Assembly (NCBI GenBank): GCA_903916195.1
Contig: CAIWVP010000141.1
Location: 27,620 to 91,619, forward strand
DNA from: an uncultured Verrucomicrobiota bacterium
GTDB taxonomy: Bacteria; Verrucomicrobiota; Verrucomicrobiia; Limisphaerales; UBA9464
Length of the DNA stretch: 64,000 nucleotides
Direction: 5' to 3'
Within the stretch, counting starts at the first letter, position 1, and each line of letters starts with the position of its first letter. Both the position numbers and the translations under genes were made by a program. Below are positions 55,271 to 64,000 of the stretch, piece after piece. The notes under the pieces are model-generated. The model did not search any database. It was not told where the DNA came from and worked only from the letters and a program-made list of their open reading frames with translations.

Positions 55271-55340
55271 GGCGGGGACATTTCCGATCTTCAATCGCCG
55301 GTTGCCAACCGGAATCTGCGCCCGGCATCGTTGGAGGACG

Positions 55341-56123
55341 ATGTCGTTCTCGTTCCGCTTCCTCGGCTCGGGCACGTCGCAGGGCGTCCCGGTCATCGGC
55401 AAGGAGTATCCTGCCGCCTTCCTCGCCAACCCTCGGAACCATCGGCTCCGCCCGTCGATCTATGTCGAGACGCCCGGGACGAAGCTGGTGGTGGACACCA
55501 CGCCGGATTTCCGCACGCAGATGCTGCGCGAAGGGCTCGGTTATCTCGACGCGGTGCTGTTCACCCACGCGCACGCCGACCACATCATGGGCCTTGATGA
55601 TTGCCGCCGCGTCTGCGACCTGCGGGGAGGTCCGCTGCCGGTCTACGGTTCGGAGGAGACCTTGGCGGCGCTCGGGCGGGTTTTCGCCTACGCGTTCGAC
55701 GGACGGCCGATCCCGAAGGGCTACTTCCATCCGGAGCCGCGGATGGTCACCGGGCCGTTCGAGGTGGGCGACCTGACGGTGACGCCCTTCTCGCTGCCGC
55801 ACGGCCGGATCCTCTCGACGGGATATCTCTTCGCCCAGCGCCATGGGCCGCGGATGGCTTATCTGACCGATTGCAAGGAAGTGCCGGATGAAGTGGTCCG
55901 GCAGATCCATGGGGTCGACGTGGTCGTGCTCGACGCGCTGCGTCCCGCGCCGCATCCGACGCACATGTGCCTGGACGAGGCGTTGACCACCGCGCGGCGG
56001 ATCGGCGCGGACCGGACGTACCTGACGCATCTCACCCACGACTACGACCACGACCGCGACCAAGCGGAGTTGCCCGACCGCGTGTGGTTCGCCCACGACG
56101 GTCTGCGCGTCGAAGTGGCATGA
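55341..56123 (+). CDS. MBL-fold metallo-hydrolase (PhnP-like)
   Basis: [42 protein letters not shown]. Confidence 0.92.
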   Translation: MSFSFRFLGSGTSQGVPVIGKEYPAAFLANPRNHRLRPSIYVETPGTKLVVDTTPDFRTQMLREGLGYLDAVLFTHAHADHIMGLDDCRRVCDLRGGPLPVYGSEETLAALGRVFAYAFDGRPIPKGYFHPEPRMVTGPFEVGDLTVTPFSLPHGRILSTGYLFAQRHGPRMAYLTDCKEVPDEVVRQIHGVDVVVLDALRPAPHPTHMCLDEALTTARRIGADRTYLTHLTHDYDHDRDQAELPDRVWFAHDGLRVEVA

Positions 56124-56226
56124 GCGGTCATCGGGACCCGGCCCCGGGAGCGGACTGCGCCGTCGCCGACGTCGGGCAGTTACGGGCTTCGCGTCCTGGC
56201 GGGTCCGTTGTTCAATCCGCCCGCGC

Positions 56227-56913
56227 ATGACGACCGAGCCCGAGCCCACACGTCCCGCTCCCTTGCCACCTTTCTACCGACGGTTGCGGTGGATCGCCGT
56301 ACCGGTGTTCCGGGCGTGGTTCGGGATGCGCGGCCTGAACGTCGACCGCGTCCCGCCGACGGGGCCGGTGATCTTGGCGTCGAACCACGTGGCCTTCTCG
56401 GATCCTCCGATGATCGGCGCGGTCGTCGAGCGGACGGTCAATTGCCTGGCGAGGGACACGTTGTTCCAGAAACCCGGTTTGGGATGGCTGGTCCGCACCC
56501 TGCAAGCGGTTCCAGTGGACCGCCAGAACGGCGGCGCGGGGTTGAAGGCGATCCTCGATCGTCTCACGGCCGGCGGATGTGTCGTGCTCTTCCCGGAAGG
56601 CACCCGTTCGCCGGACGGCTCGCTTCAACCGGCGAAAGCCGGTGTCGGGCTGACCGTGATCAAGTCGAAGGCCCCGGTCGTGCCGGTGCGCATCTTCGGG
56701 GCATTCGAGGCCTATGGGCGGCACCGGCTGCTGCCGCGTCCGGGGAAGATCACCATCAAGTTCGGGCGACCGCTGCTGTTCGCCGCGCTTCGTGCCGAAG
56801 CCGGGACCTGTTCCAAGCCGCGCCTGAAAGTCATCTACCAACAGATCGCCGACGAGATCATGGAAGCTTTGGCGGCGATGGACGCGAGCGAAGAAGTGTC
56901 GAAATTTCCGTGA
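56227..56913 (+). CDS. plsC: 1-acyl-sn-glycerol-3-phosphate acyltransferase
   Basis: SNHVAFSD (NHxxxxD), FPEGTRS, VPV.I.G. Confidence 0.9.
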   Translation: MTTEPEPTRPAPLPPFYRRLRWIAVPVFRAWFGMRGLNVDRVPPTGPVILASNHVAFSDPPMIGAVVERTVNCLARDTLFQKPGLGWLVRTLQAVPVDRQNGGAGLKAILDRLTAGGCVVLFPEGTRSPDGSLQPAKAGVGLTVIKSKAPVVPVRIFGAFEAYGRHRLLPRPGKITIKFGRPLLFAALRAEAGTCSKPRLKVIYQQIADEIMEALAAMDASEEVSKFP

Positions 56914-57063
56914 ACCGGCACCGGTCCGGTCACCGCGAAACCGGGACGACACGGCCAGGCCACGGACAAAGCCAGCACCAGCCCACCAACGGCCGCGACG
57001 GCCGGCTGTCATCGATGGGCGCCAAGGTGGCGCGAACCTGCACCGGATCGCGGGATCGGTTGC

Positions 57064-57309
57064 TCAGCTCTTGCTGGCGGCAGCCTTGGCCGGGGCCGCT
57101 TTGGTCAAGACGGCCTTGTTCTGCTTCAGGAACTTCGCGAGGACATCTTTGCTCGCCAACGACACGGGGGCGCGCTTGGTCTCGCCCTTGTAATGCTTGT
57201 AGTGGACCAAGGTTTTCCCAACGAGATCGATCTGCAAGCTGGAGTCCACCATCTTCCAGATCTGTCCGTTCTGGAAGAGGGTCTGTGCGCTGGTCTTTTC
57301 GGTTTTCAC
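57064..57309 (-). CDS. Small basic hypothetical protein (GQIW.M, VGK.LVHYK motif)
   Basis: 81-aa Lys-rich ORF with GTG start downstream of an AT-rich TGTTATCGT extended -10-like element. Confidence 0.65.
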   Translation of the reverse strand: MKTEKTSAQTLFQNGQIWKMVDSSLQIDLVGKTLVHYKHYKGETKRAPVSLASKDVLAKFLKQNKAVLTKAAPAKAAASKS

Positions 57310-57440
57310 GTCGTTCAAGTCAGTACGATAACAGAAATCTCGCTTTGTGCAGACAAATTTGTCCCACGCCCGGGGGAGGGGAAGACCGCCGATCCGTGAA
57401 GTGTCCGTGACCGCTTGTGCCGAAAGTCCATCGGAAAAGC

Positions 57441-58136
57441 CTATCCCGGCGGAGCGCGGAACAGGAACTTTGCGTAGAGGTAGGCGATGAACTCCGTCGT
57501 GGTGGTCCGGAATCCGTCGCTGGAGGTCCACCAACGGGATGCCTCGTAGCGGTCGTCCGGTAACGCGATGACGCCCACTTCGACCGTCTTCGGGAACGCC
57601 GCGCGGAAGAGCAACAACGTCCGCCGAGCGTGCGGGCCGACCGTCAGGACGTCCAAGCTCTTCGGCAATGGTCCCGAGGCGGCGAGCCATCTGCGCAACG
57701 CGACCGCGGCGGCATAGGTCCGGTCCGCGCGGACGTCAGGAGCCGGGACCGCCACCGCGAAATTGGTCCGCCCCGTCATGCTGTCGATTGTCGAGGCGCC
57801 GAGCGCCGCATAGCTTCCATACGCAAGGAACGGGGCGCCCTTCTCGATCGGTCCCCCTGTGACGATCAAACGGGTGTATCCGTTCTTCTCCAGTTGTCCG
57901 GCCGCCGCCCGGAGCGCGAAATCCGGCATCCAGCCTTCGACGACGACCAGGTCGCCGCCGGTCCGCTGCGTGATCTCCAGGAACGGATGGAGCGTCTTCA
58001 CGAAGACGACGCTGGCGACCATCAGCAGGACGATCGACAGCAGGACGACCGGCCATGTCGGCACCCAGACGGTCCGCCGCCGGAACAGCACGAAGCAGCG
58101 GCGATTCTCTGTCGGTCCTGGATCAGGATCAGTCAC
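57441..58136 (-). CDS. YdcF/DUF218 (ElyC/SanA-like) protein
   Basis: N-terminal TM, VVEGW.PD, IVTGG, RTY..A, HARR, WW.SS.G. Confidence 0.8.
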   Translation of the reverse strand: MTDPDPGPTENRRCFVLFRRRTVWVPTWPVVLLSIVLLMVASVVFVKTLHPFLEITQRTGGDLVVVEGWMPDFALRAAAGQLEKNGYTRLIVTGGPIEKGAPFLAYGSYAALGASTIDSMTGRTNFAVAVPAPDVRADRTYAAAVALRRWLAASGPLPKSLDVLTVGPHARRTLLLFRAAFPKTVEVGVIALPDDRYEASRWWTSSDGFRTTTTEFIAYLYAKFLFRAPPG

Positions 58137-58163
58137 GGGGACGCGTGGCGGGGCTCCGGATTT

Positions 58164-59195
58164 TCAGCGTTGCAGCGCGGACACGTCCTCGCGCGCCGCG
58201 CGCTCCACCTCTTCCAAGGTGAACTGCGAGGTGTCGCCGCGCGTCGTGTGGACCAGTGCCGCGTGGGCCAAGGCCAGCGCCAGCGTCGATTCCTGGGTGC
58301 GTCCGGTCAGGTGCCCGAAAAGGATCCCGGCGGCGAAAGCGTCGCCGCTGCCGATGCGGTCCTCGATCTCCACGTCGTGCCATCCGCGTCCGACCTGCAG
58401 TTCGCCGTCGCGCCAGAGCCAACCGCCCAAGTCGTGGCGCGATCCGCTGTCGACCGTCCGTTTCGTGGCCGCCACGGAGCGCAGCCCGGGGAACGCGGTT
58501 GAAAGGCCGTCGACCCACGCGCGCTCGTCCATCCCCGTCGTGCCCATCCCGAGCAAGGCGGCGAAACCTTCCGCGCTGCCGAGCAGCAGGTCCGCTTGCG
58601 CGGCGAACTCGCGGTTGACCTCCGCGGCCTGCGCCGGAGTGCAGAGCTTCGAGCGGAAGTTCAGGTCGTAGCTGAAGCCGACCCCGAGCCGGCGCGCCGC
58701 ATCGACCGCCGCCCGCAACGTCTCGCGGCAGCCTTCCGACAAGACCGGGAAGATCCCTCCGCAATGGAACCACCGGCATCCCGTGAACACGCGGTCCCAA
58801 TCGAGGTCGTCCGGCTTCATCCGGCTCGCGCTCGAATGCCCGCGGTCGAACATCGCCGTCCCGCCGCGTGGACCCATGCCGATCTCGGCGAAGTAGAGGC
58901 CGACGCGTCCGTTCTTGCCCACGCCGTCGTACGGTCCGGACACCGTGTGCCGCAGGTCGAGCCCGACGGCTCCGGCGTGCGCGCGGATGATCCGCGCGAC
59001 CTCGTTGTCCGGCAGGCTTGTGACGAAGCCGGCGCGGAGCCCGAAGCGCGCGCAGGCGTACGCCACGTTGTAGTCGCCGCCTCCCACGTCCACTTCGAGC
59101 GTGCGCGCGAACTCGAGGCGTCCGTGTCCGGGCGGCGAGAGGCGCACCATCACTTCGCCGAGGGCGAGGAGGTCGGTCGTCGGGGGGGTGTTCAT
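58164..59195 (-). CDS. PfkB family sugar kinase (2-keto-3-deoxygluconate kinase-like)
   Basis: LGEVM.RLSPP, GGG..NVA, GLYF.E.G, SYDLNFR.KL, DRIGSGDAFAAG. Confidence 0.9.
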   Translation of the reverse strand: MNTPPTTDLLALGEVMVRLSPPGHGRLEFARTLEVDVGGGDYNVAYACARFGLRAGFVTSLPDNEVARIIRAHAGAVGLDLRHTVSGPYDGVGKNGRVGLYFAEIGMGPRGGTAMFDRGHSSASRMKPDDLDWDRVFTGCRWFHCGGIFPVLSEGCRETLRAAVDAARRLGVGFSYDLNFRSKLCTPAQAAEVNREFAAQADLLLGSAEGFAALLGMGTTGMDERAWVDGLSTAFPGLRSVAATKRTVDSGSRHDLGGWLWRDGELQVGRGWHDVEIEDRIGSGDAFAAGILFGHLTGRTQESTLALALAHAALVHTTRGDTSQFTLEEVERAAREDVSALQR

Positions 59196-60274
59196 CGGAA
59201 GGCCGTGCGCAGGACGCGCAGGAAATTGCCGTGGAAGATGCCGCGGATGTCCTCCTCGGCATAGCCGCGCGCGGCGAGCAGGCCGGTCAGTTTTTGCAGG
59301 TCGGCGATCGTGCCGAGGTCCTGCGGCGTCTGCTCCGTGCCGAAGGCGCCGTCGAGGTCCGATCCGATGCCGACGTGGAGCGCGTTCCCCGCGAGCTGGC
59401 ACATATGGTCGATGTGGTCGACCAGGTGCCCGAGCATCAGCCCGGAGCTCTGCGGCGTGGTCTCGCGCCGGATCCAGCCGGGGACGATCATCCACGCGTC
59501 CAGCGCCACGCCGGCGACGCCGCCGCGGGCGAAGACCGCCTTGAGCTGCTCGTCGCTGAACTGGCGGTTGTGCGGCACCAGCGCGCGGCAGAGCTGATGG
59601 CTCGCCCACACGGTCCCGCCGAAGATCTCCATCGCGTCCCAGAAGCACTCGTCGCAGAGATGGGTGACGTCGAGGATCATCCCGAGGCGGTCCATCTCGC
59701 GGACCAGGTCCGCGCCCCGGGCCGGCAGCCGTCCGCTGGCATCGGTGCCGAAGGCGTGGACGCCGGGCCCGTAATGGGCCGGGCCGACCGCCCGGAGACC
59801 GTCCGCGTAGGCGCGCTCCAGATGGCCGGGCGTCACGATGGAATCCGCGCCTTCGAGGCTGAGCACGTAGCCGACGGGCAGAGGGTCGGTCTCGGTGGCG
59901 GTCTCCCAGAGCTCGAGATGGCGATCGAGCCCGGCGCGGTCGTGGATCAGGACCATCTCGCCGGCTTCTTCCATCGCCCGGTACCAGGCGCGCTGCGCCT
60001 GCGTCATCGCCCACGCCTGGGCGGGCGAACGCCATCCGAAGACCGGGCTATAACAGTCGTGCTCCAACCGGGCGATCTGCGTGGCGACGACCAGGCCGGC
60101 GCGGGCGCGCCGGAGCTCGGGCAGGCTGACGGTGCCGTTGCCGCGGTCGGGCTTGTCCCGGAGATGCGCCTCCCGGGCGCGCACCTCGGCGAGCGGTCGC
60201 GTGAGGTCGCGGTTCCATTCGATCGCGTTCATCGCGATGTCGAGGTGGGCGTCGAAGAGCAGGGGTGGGTTCAC
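59192..60274 (-). CDS. Membrane dipeptidase (M19 family)
   Basis: FDAHLD, SLEGAD, LDVTHL, ASH, RQ..DEQ, HIDH, GIGSDLDG, GNF.R. Confidence 0.9.
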   Translation of the reverse strand: MNPPLLFDAHLDIAMNAIEWNRDLTRPLAEVRAREAHLRDKPDRGNGTVSLPELRRARAGLVVATQIARLEHDCYSPVFGWRSPAQAWAMTQAQRAWYRAMEEAGEMVLIHDRAGLDRHLELWETATETDPLPVGYVLSLEGADSIVTPGHLERAYADGLRAVGPAHYGPGVHAFGTDASGRLPARGADLVREMDRLGMILDVTHLCDECFWDAMEIFGGTVWASHQLCRALVPHNRQFSDEQLKAVFARGGVAGVALDAWMIVPGWIRRETTPQSSGLMLGHLVDHIDHMCQLAGNALHVGIGSDLDGAFGTEQTPQDLGTIADLQKLTGLLAARGYAEEDIRGIFHGNFLRVLRTAFR

Positions 60275-60377
60275 AGGATTCGGAACGGCTCGTCTACCGG
60301 CGGAGCCGGTGGTTGTCAGGAGAAATGGGTGGGTGATGAGCGGTCGGTGAGGCGTGAGGCCCTGGATCCGGGACCGT

Positions 60378-62525
60378 TCACCCGTTGGCTTCCATGAGCG
60401 CGCGATGGTTCACCTTGCCGGTGCCGAGCTTGGGGATCTCGCGCACGGCCCGGATCTCGCGGGGCACGCAGAGATTGGTCAGGCCCTTGGCCTTGATCGC
60501 CTGCCGAAGGTCGTCGATGGTGAGCTCCGGCTCGTTGGTGAAGGCGACGAGCTTCTCGCCTTTGTCCTCGTCCGGTACCGCCACGACGGCGACTTCGCAG
60601 CGCTGGCCGTGCCGGGGGAACGCGCCGGCCAGCGCGTCCTCCACCGCGGTGAGGCTCACCATCTCGCCGCTGACCTTGGCGAAGCGCTTCAACCGGCCGA
60701 GGATCGTCACGTAGCCGTCGGCATCGACGCGGACCATGTCGCCGGTGTCGTACCATCCGCCCAGCTCCTTGAACTCCGCGTCCGGGCCCGGGTTCAGGTA
60801 GCCTTCCATGATGTTCGGTCCACGCACGAAGAGGCGACCGCCCTCGGCGACGCCTTCGACCGGTTCGAGCCGCCATCCGATGCCCGGCAGGAAACGTCCG
60901 ACCGATCCGAACTGCACGTCGACGCGGGTGTTCAGCGTGATCACCGGGCTGCATTCGGTGGCGCCGTAGCCTTCGAGCAGGCGCACGCCGAACTTCCGTG
61001 CCCAGATGTCCGCCGTCGCGGTCTGCACCTTCTCCGCGCCGGCCACGAGGTACTTCAGCGAGTTGAAATCGTACGGATGCGCCTTGCGGGCGTAGCCGTT
61101 CAGGAACGTGTTCGTCCCGAGCATGATCGTGCACGCGCGGTCGTACACCACGGCCGGCACCATCCGGTAGTGGAGCGGCGACGGATAAAGGAACGTGTAG
61201 AGTCCTCGGACCAGCGGATACAGCGTGCAACCGGTGAGGCCGAAGCTGTGGAACAAGGGCATCGCGTTGAAGAACCGGTCGTCGTCCGTCAGATCCATCG
61301 TCGCGGTGAGCTGCCGGATGTTCGCGAGCAGGTTCGCGTGCGAGAGCGCCACGCCTTTCGGCACGCCCTCGGAACCGGACGTGAAGAGCACCACCGCGAT
61401 GGCCGCCCGGCCGGCCCTTGTCGCAGGCCCGGAAGCAAATCCGGATCCGCAAGCGAAGGTGTGCTTCGCCAGTTTCGCCAGCTTCGTGGCCGCCGGGATC
61501 CCGGTGCGCACATCCTCGAGATAGACCAGCTCGATCCCGGCCTGCGCGAGCGGTTCCAGCTTGAGCTTCGCCTTCTCGGCGAAGGCTCGCGACGTGATGA
61601 CCTGCTTCAGCCCGGCGAGCTGCGCGCATTGCAGCATCACCGGGATGCCGGTCGAGAAGTTGAGCAGCGCCGGGACCTTGCCCGCGGCCCAGAGGCTAAG
61701 GACCACGACCGGCGTGCCGTTGATGTTGGGCAGGAGCACGCCGACGTTCGCACCGTCATCGCCCGGCCATCGGCGCTTCCACTCGGAGGCGAGCACATCC
61801 GTGCCGACCATCAGGCGACGATAGGTGAGCCCGGTCGAGGTGAAGTCCTCGAGCGCGATCTTGCCCGGGACGTTGCCGGCGGTCTCGGCGACCGCGGCCA
61901 GCACGGTGCGAGGACCGAACGTCATCTCGGTCTCGAACTGCTGCCGGACCATCGCGTCGCGCAGCCATGACGTGCGCATCTGCCGGGCGTGCGCGTTGGC
62001 CGTGCCGGGCGGCAGCCCGGGCGCGGTGAGCACCTCGCTGAAGTGCGCCGTCACGGTCGGGAACCAGCGCGTCCAGCCCTTGTGCCTCACCCAGGGCAGG
62101 CGGTTCGCGCCGCGGAGATAGACGGTGATGACCTTCGCGCCGGTCTTGTGGACGAGGAATCCCGTGCCGTCGAAGAGCTTCATCAACGATCCGGTGAGCG
62201 AGATGCGCCCTTCGGCGAAGAGCACCAGCCTTCCGCCGCCCGCGAGATGTTCCGCCATGCGCTTCACTGCGTAGGGTGAAGCCGTGTCCACCGGGAAGGT
62301 CCGCCCGTTCACCATCATCTTCTTGTGGACCCAACTGGTCTCCGCCGTCGTGCTCGAGGTGACGAATCTCCAGTCGTCGTCCAACAGGACCGCGAGGAAG
62401 AGCCAGTCGAGCCACGAGGTATGGTTGGGCAGCAGCAGCACCGGGCCGGGCGTCGCCAGGACCTCGGTGCCGTGGGCTTCGAAGCGGTAGAAGAACCGGA
62501 CCAGGAGCCGGAGGAGCGATTTCAT
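60378..62525 (-). CDS. aas: Bifunctional 2-acylglycerophosphoethanolamine acyltransferase / acyl-ACP synthetase
   Basis: PNHTSWLD and FAEGR (acyltransferase); FTSGSEGVPKGV, EGYGATE, WYDTGD, GRLKRFAK..GEMVSL (AMP-binding). Confidence 0.92.
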   Translation of the reverse strand: MKSLLRLLVRFFYRFEAHGTEVLATPGPVLLLPNHTSWLDWLFLAVLLDDDWRFVTSSTTAETSWVHKKMMVNGRTFPVDTASPYAVKRMAEHLAGGGRLVLFAEGRISLTGSLMKLFDGTGFLVHKTGAKVITVYLRGANRLPWVRHKGWTRWFPTVTAHFSEVLTAPGLPPGTANAHARQMRTSWLRDAMVRQQFETEMTFGPRTVLAAVAETAGNVPGKIALEDFTSTGLTYRRLMVGTDVLASEWKRRWPGDDGANVGVLLPNINGTPVVVLSLWAAGKVPALLNFSTGIPVMLQCAQLAGLKQVITSRAFAEKAKLKLEPLAQAGIELVYLEDVRTGIPAATKLAKLAKHTFACGSGFASGPATRAGRAAIAVVLFTSGSEGVPKGVALSHANLLANIRQLTATMDLTDDDRFFNAMPLFHSFGLTGCTLYPLVRGLYTFLYPSPLHYRMVPAVVYDRACTIMLGTNTFLNGYARKAHPYDFNSLKYLVAGAEKVQTATADIWARKFGVRLLEGYGATECSPVITLNTRVDVQFGSVGRFLPGIGWRLEPVEGVAEGGRLFVRGPNIMEGYLNPGPDAEFKELGGWYDTGDMVRVDADGYVTILGRLKRFAKVSGEMVSLTAVEDALAGAFPRHGQRCEVAVVAVPDEDKGEKLVAFTNEPELTIDDLRQAIKAKGLTNLCVPREIRAVREIPKLGTGKVNHRALMEANG

Positions 62526-62708
62526 GGGCGACCAGGGATCAACCGACGACGGCGGCGGCAAACGACACGGCCGAACCTCGCCCCCGGACGCTGCCGGACC
62601 GCAAGCTGGAATTCACGGAATCCTCGGGCGCTCGCCTTCGCGTGCCGGGCCGCCGGCTCCACCGTTTTGGCTATGTCCGGAAGCGGCCCTCGGCTCACCA
62701 TCGGCTCC

Positions 62709-63626
62709 ATGATGAAGACGAAGACCCTTCGCGTCGCGGGCTGGTGTGCCGGCCTGGCCGTCTTCGACCCTGCTGTCGATGCCTTGGAAGCCGCTCCGGC
62801 CGTCGTCGGGTCCAAGCTGCCGTGCGCCGACAGCGAGGTCGTCCGCTACACCGCCCACCGTGTCGCCCGGCCCATGGTGATCGATGGCAAGCTCGACGAG
62901 CCGGCTTGGAAGCTCGCCCCTTCGTCGTCGCGCTACGTGGACATCCTCACCGGAGCGCCGGCGATCCACGACACCCGGGCGAAGATCGTCTGGGACGACC
63001 AGAACCTGTATCTGGGCATCCACGTCGAGGAGCCGTCCGTCCGGGCCGCTTTCACCCAGGAGAACTCGCCGATCTACCAGGAGAACGACATCGAGGTGTT
63101 CATCGCCGGCCCCGACGCCTACTACGAGTTCGAGGTCAACGCGCTCAACACCACCTACGAGGTCTTCTTCCTGTGGGGGTCCGCCTACGAACGTGCCGGG
63201 TTCGCCGCCGCACCGGAATTCGCCCGGAAGAATCTCGTGCCCTTCAACGGCGTCGGTTTCACGACGCATCCGCGCGGGCCGCGCCTCGGACATTTCGATT
63301 GGCACTTCCCTGGCAAGCGCACCGCGGTCTTCGTCGACGGCACGCTCAACGACGACCGCGACCGCGACCGCGGATGGACCGTGGAGATCGCCCTGCCATG
63401 GGCCGGGATGAAGTGGCTCAGCCCCGACGGCAAACCCGGCGCGCCGAAGGACGGCGACGTGTGGCGTATCGATCTGTCGCGCTTCAACACTTACAAGGAA
63501 GCGCCGCCCGCGAAGGATTCCGGCGGCTGGGTCCTCAGCCCGCACCGGGTCTGGGATTCGCATGTCCCCGAGTGCTTCCCGTACATCCGCTTCTCGACGG
63601 ACGAAGCGCCGGCGCCGAAGCCTTGA
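62709..63626 (+). CDS. Carbohydrate-binding family 9-like secreted protein
   Basis: IDGKLDE.AW, WDD..LY, ENDIEVFI, YYEFEVN, GWTVEIALPW. Confidence 0.8.
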   Translation: MMKTKTLRVAGWCAGLAVFDPAVDALEAAPAVVGSKLPCADSEVVRYTAHRVARPMVIDGKLDEPAWKLAPSSSRYVDILTGAPAIHDTRAKIVWDDQNLYLGIHVEEPSVRAAFTQENSPIYQENDIEVFIAGPDAYYEFEVNALNTTYEVFFLWGSAYERAGFAAAPEFARKNLVPFNGVGFTTHPRGPRLGHFDWHFPGKRTAVFVDGTLNDDRDRDRGWTVEIALPWAGMKWLSPDGKPGAPKDGDVWRIDLSRFNTYKEAPPAKDSGGWVLSPHRVWDSHVPECFPYIRFSTDEAPAPKP

Positions 63627-63638
63627 CCCGGCGGGCAG

Positions 63639-64000
63639 CTACTTCCGCCCCAGGCCGAACTCGCTGCCCATCCCCACGACCTTGCCGTCGCGGAACTGGA
63701 CCTCGATCAGCTTCGAGCTGCCGACCCGCTTGCCGTTCTCGTCGCGCAAGGTCGCGACCTGCCGCTTCGTCCGAGCGTCGAACACGTCCGGTGTGTGGTT
63801 CCACGCGAACCTCCCGTCGAGGCTGAAGTTCACCCAGCCATGGCCGCCCACGCTCAGCGCGACCTCGGCCTTCGGTGCCGGCGGCATCTGCGTCGCGTCG
63901 AACACGAACAACTTCTTGCCGTCCTGGTCGCTGATCCACAGCTCGCCCTCGTCGGGCGTCAGCGCCGCGCCGTGGGTCCGGTGTGCGATCGGCGCGTCGC
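63639..64000 (-). CDS. YncE/YVTN-like beta-propeller protein, C-terminal fragment (5' end outside window)
   Basis: HG.ALTPD..ELWI.D, GWV.FS.DGR.A; frame open to the window edge. Confidence 0.7.
   Translation of the reverse strand, partial: DAPIAHRTHGAALTPDEGELWISDQDGKKLFVFDATQMPPAPKAEVALSVGGHGWVNFSLDGRFAWNHTPDVFDARTKRQVATLRDENGKRVGSSKLIEVQFRDGKVVGMGSEFGLGRK

Noticed and set aside
55278..55315. Faint heptamer-like periodicity in the recN/MBL divergent intergenic region
   Set aside because: Too short and degenerate to separate from promoter sequence.

Overview
High-GC (roughly 70% by eye) bacterial chromosomal segment. Gene content (tandem DUF1501 + DUF1549/DUF1553 pairs, planctomycete-type cytochrome c, TIGR03067-ThuA, EboE) points to the PVC superphylum, most likely Verrucomicrobiota; this is inference. 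About 60 CDSs, mostly housekeeping or metabolic (priA, ftsK, recN, mnmE, moaA, iscU/iscS, aas, plsC, dgoK, kdgK-like), plus two tRNA-Arg genes, a toxin-antitoxin cluster with a 289-bp MITE-like element, and several unrelated intergenic palindromic repeats. I found no rRNA, CRISPR array, integrase or transposase. Best candidates for new biology: (1) an Rrf2-IscU-ORF-IscS operon whose intact IscS has lost the PLP Schiff-base Lys and other cofactor/substrate residues but keeps the catalytic Cys and IscU-binding tail, under an IscR-type palindrome; (2) a GHMP sugar kinase-UDP-sugar pyrophosphorylase fusion paired with a motif-deleted GalU-like protein; (3) the highly structured MITE/ncRNA candidate; (4) a VTC-DUF4956-HlyD operon with an 11-bp-periodic box; (5) a 1-nt frameshift that removes the MoaA C-terminal GG motif. 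All family assignments come from motif recognition by eye; no searches were run.
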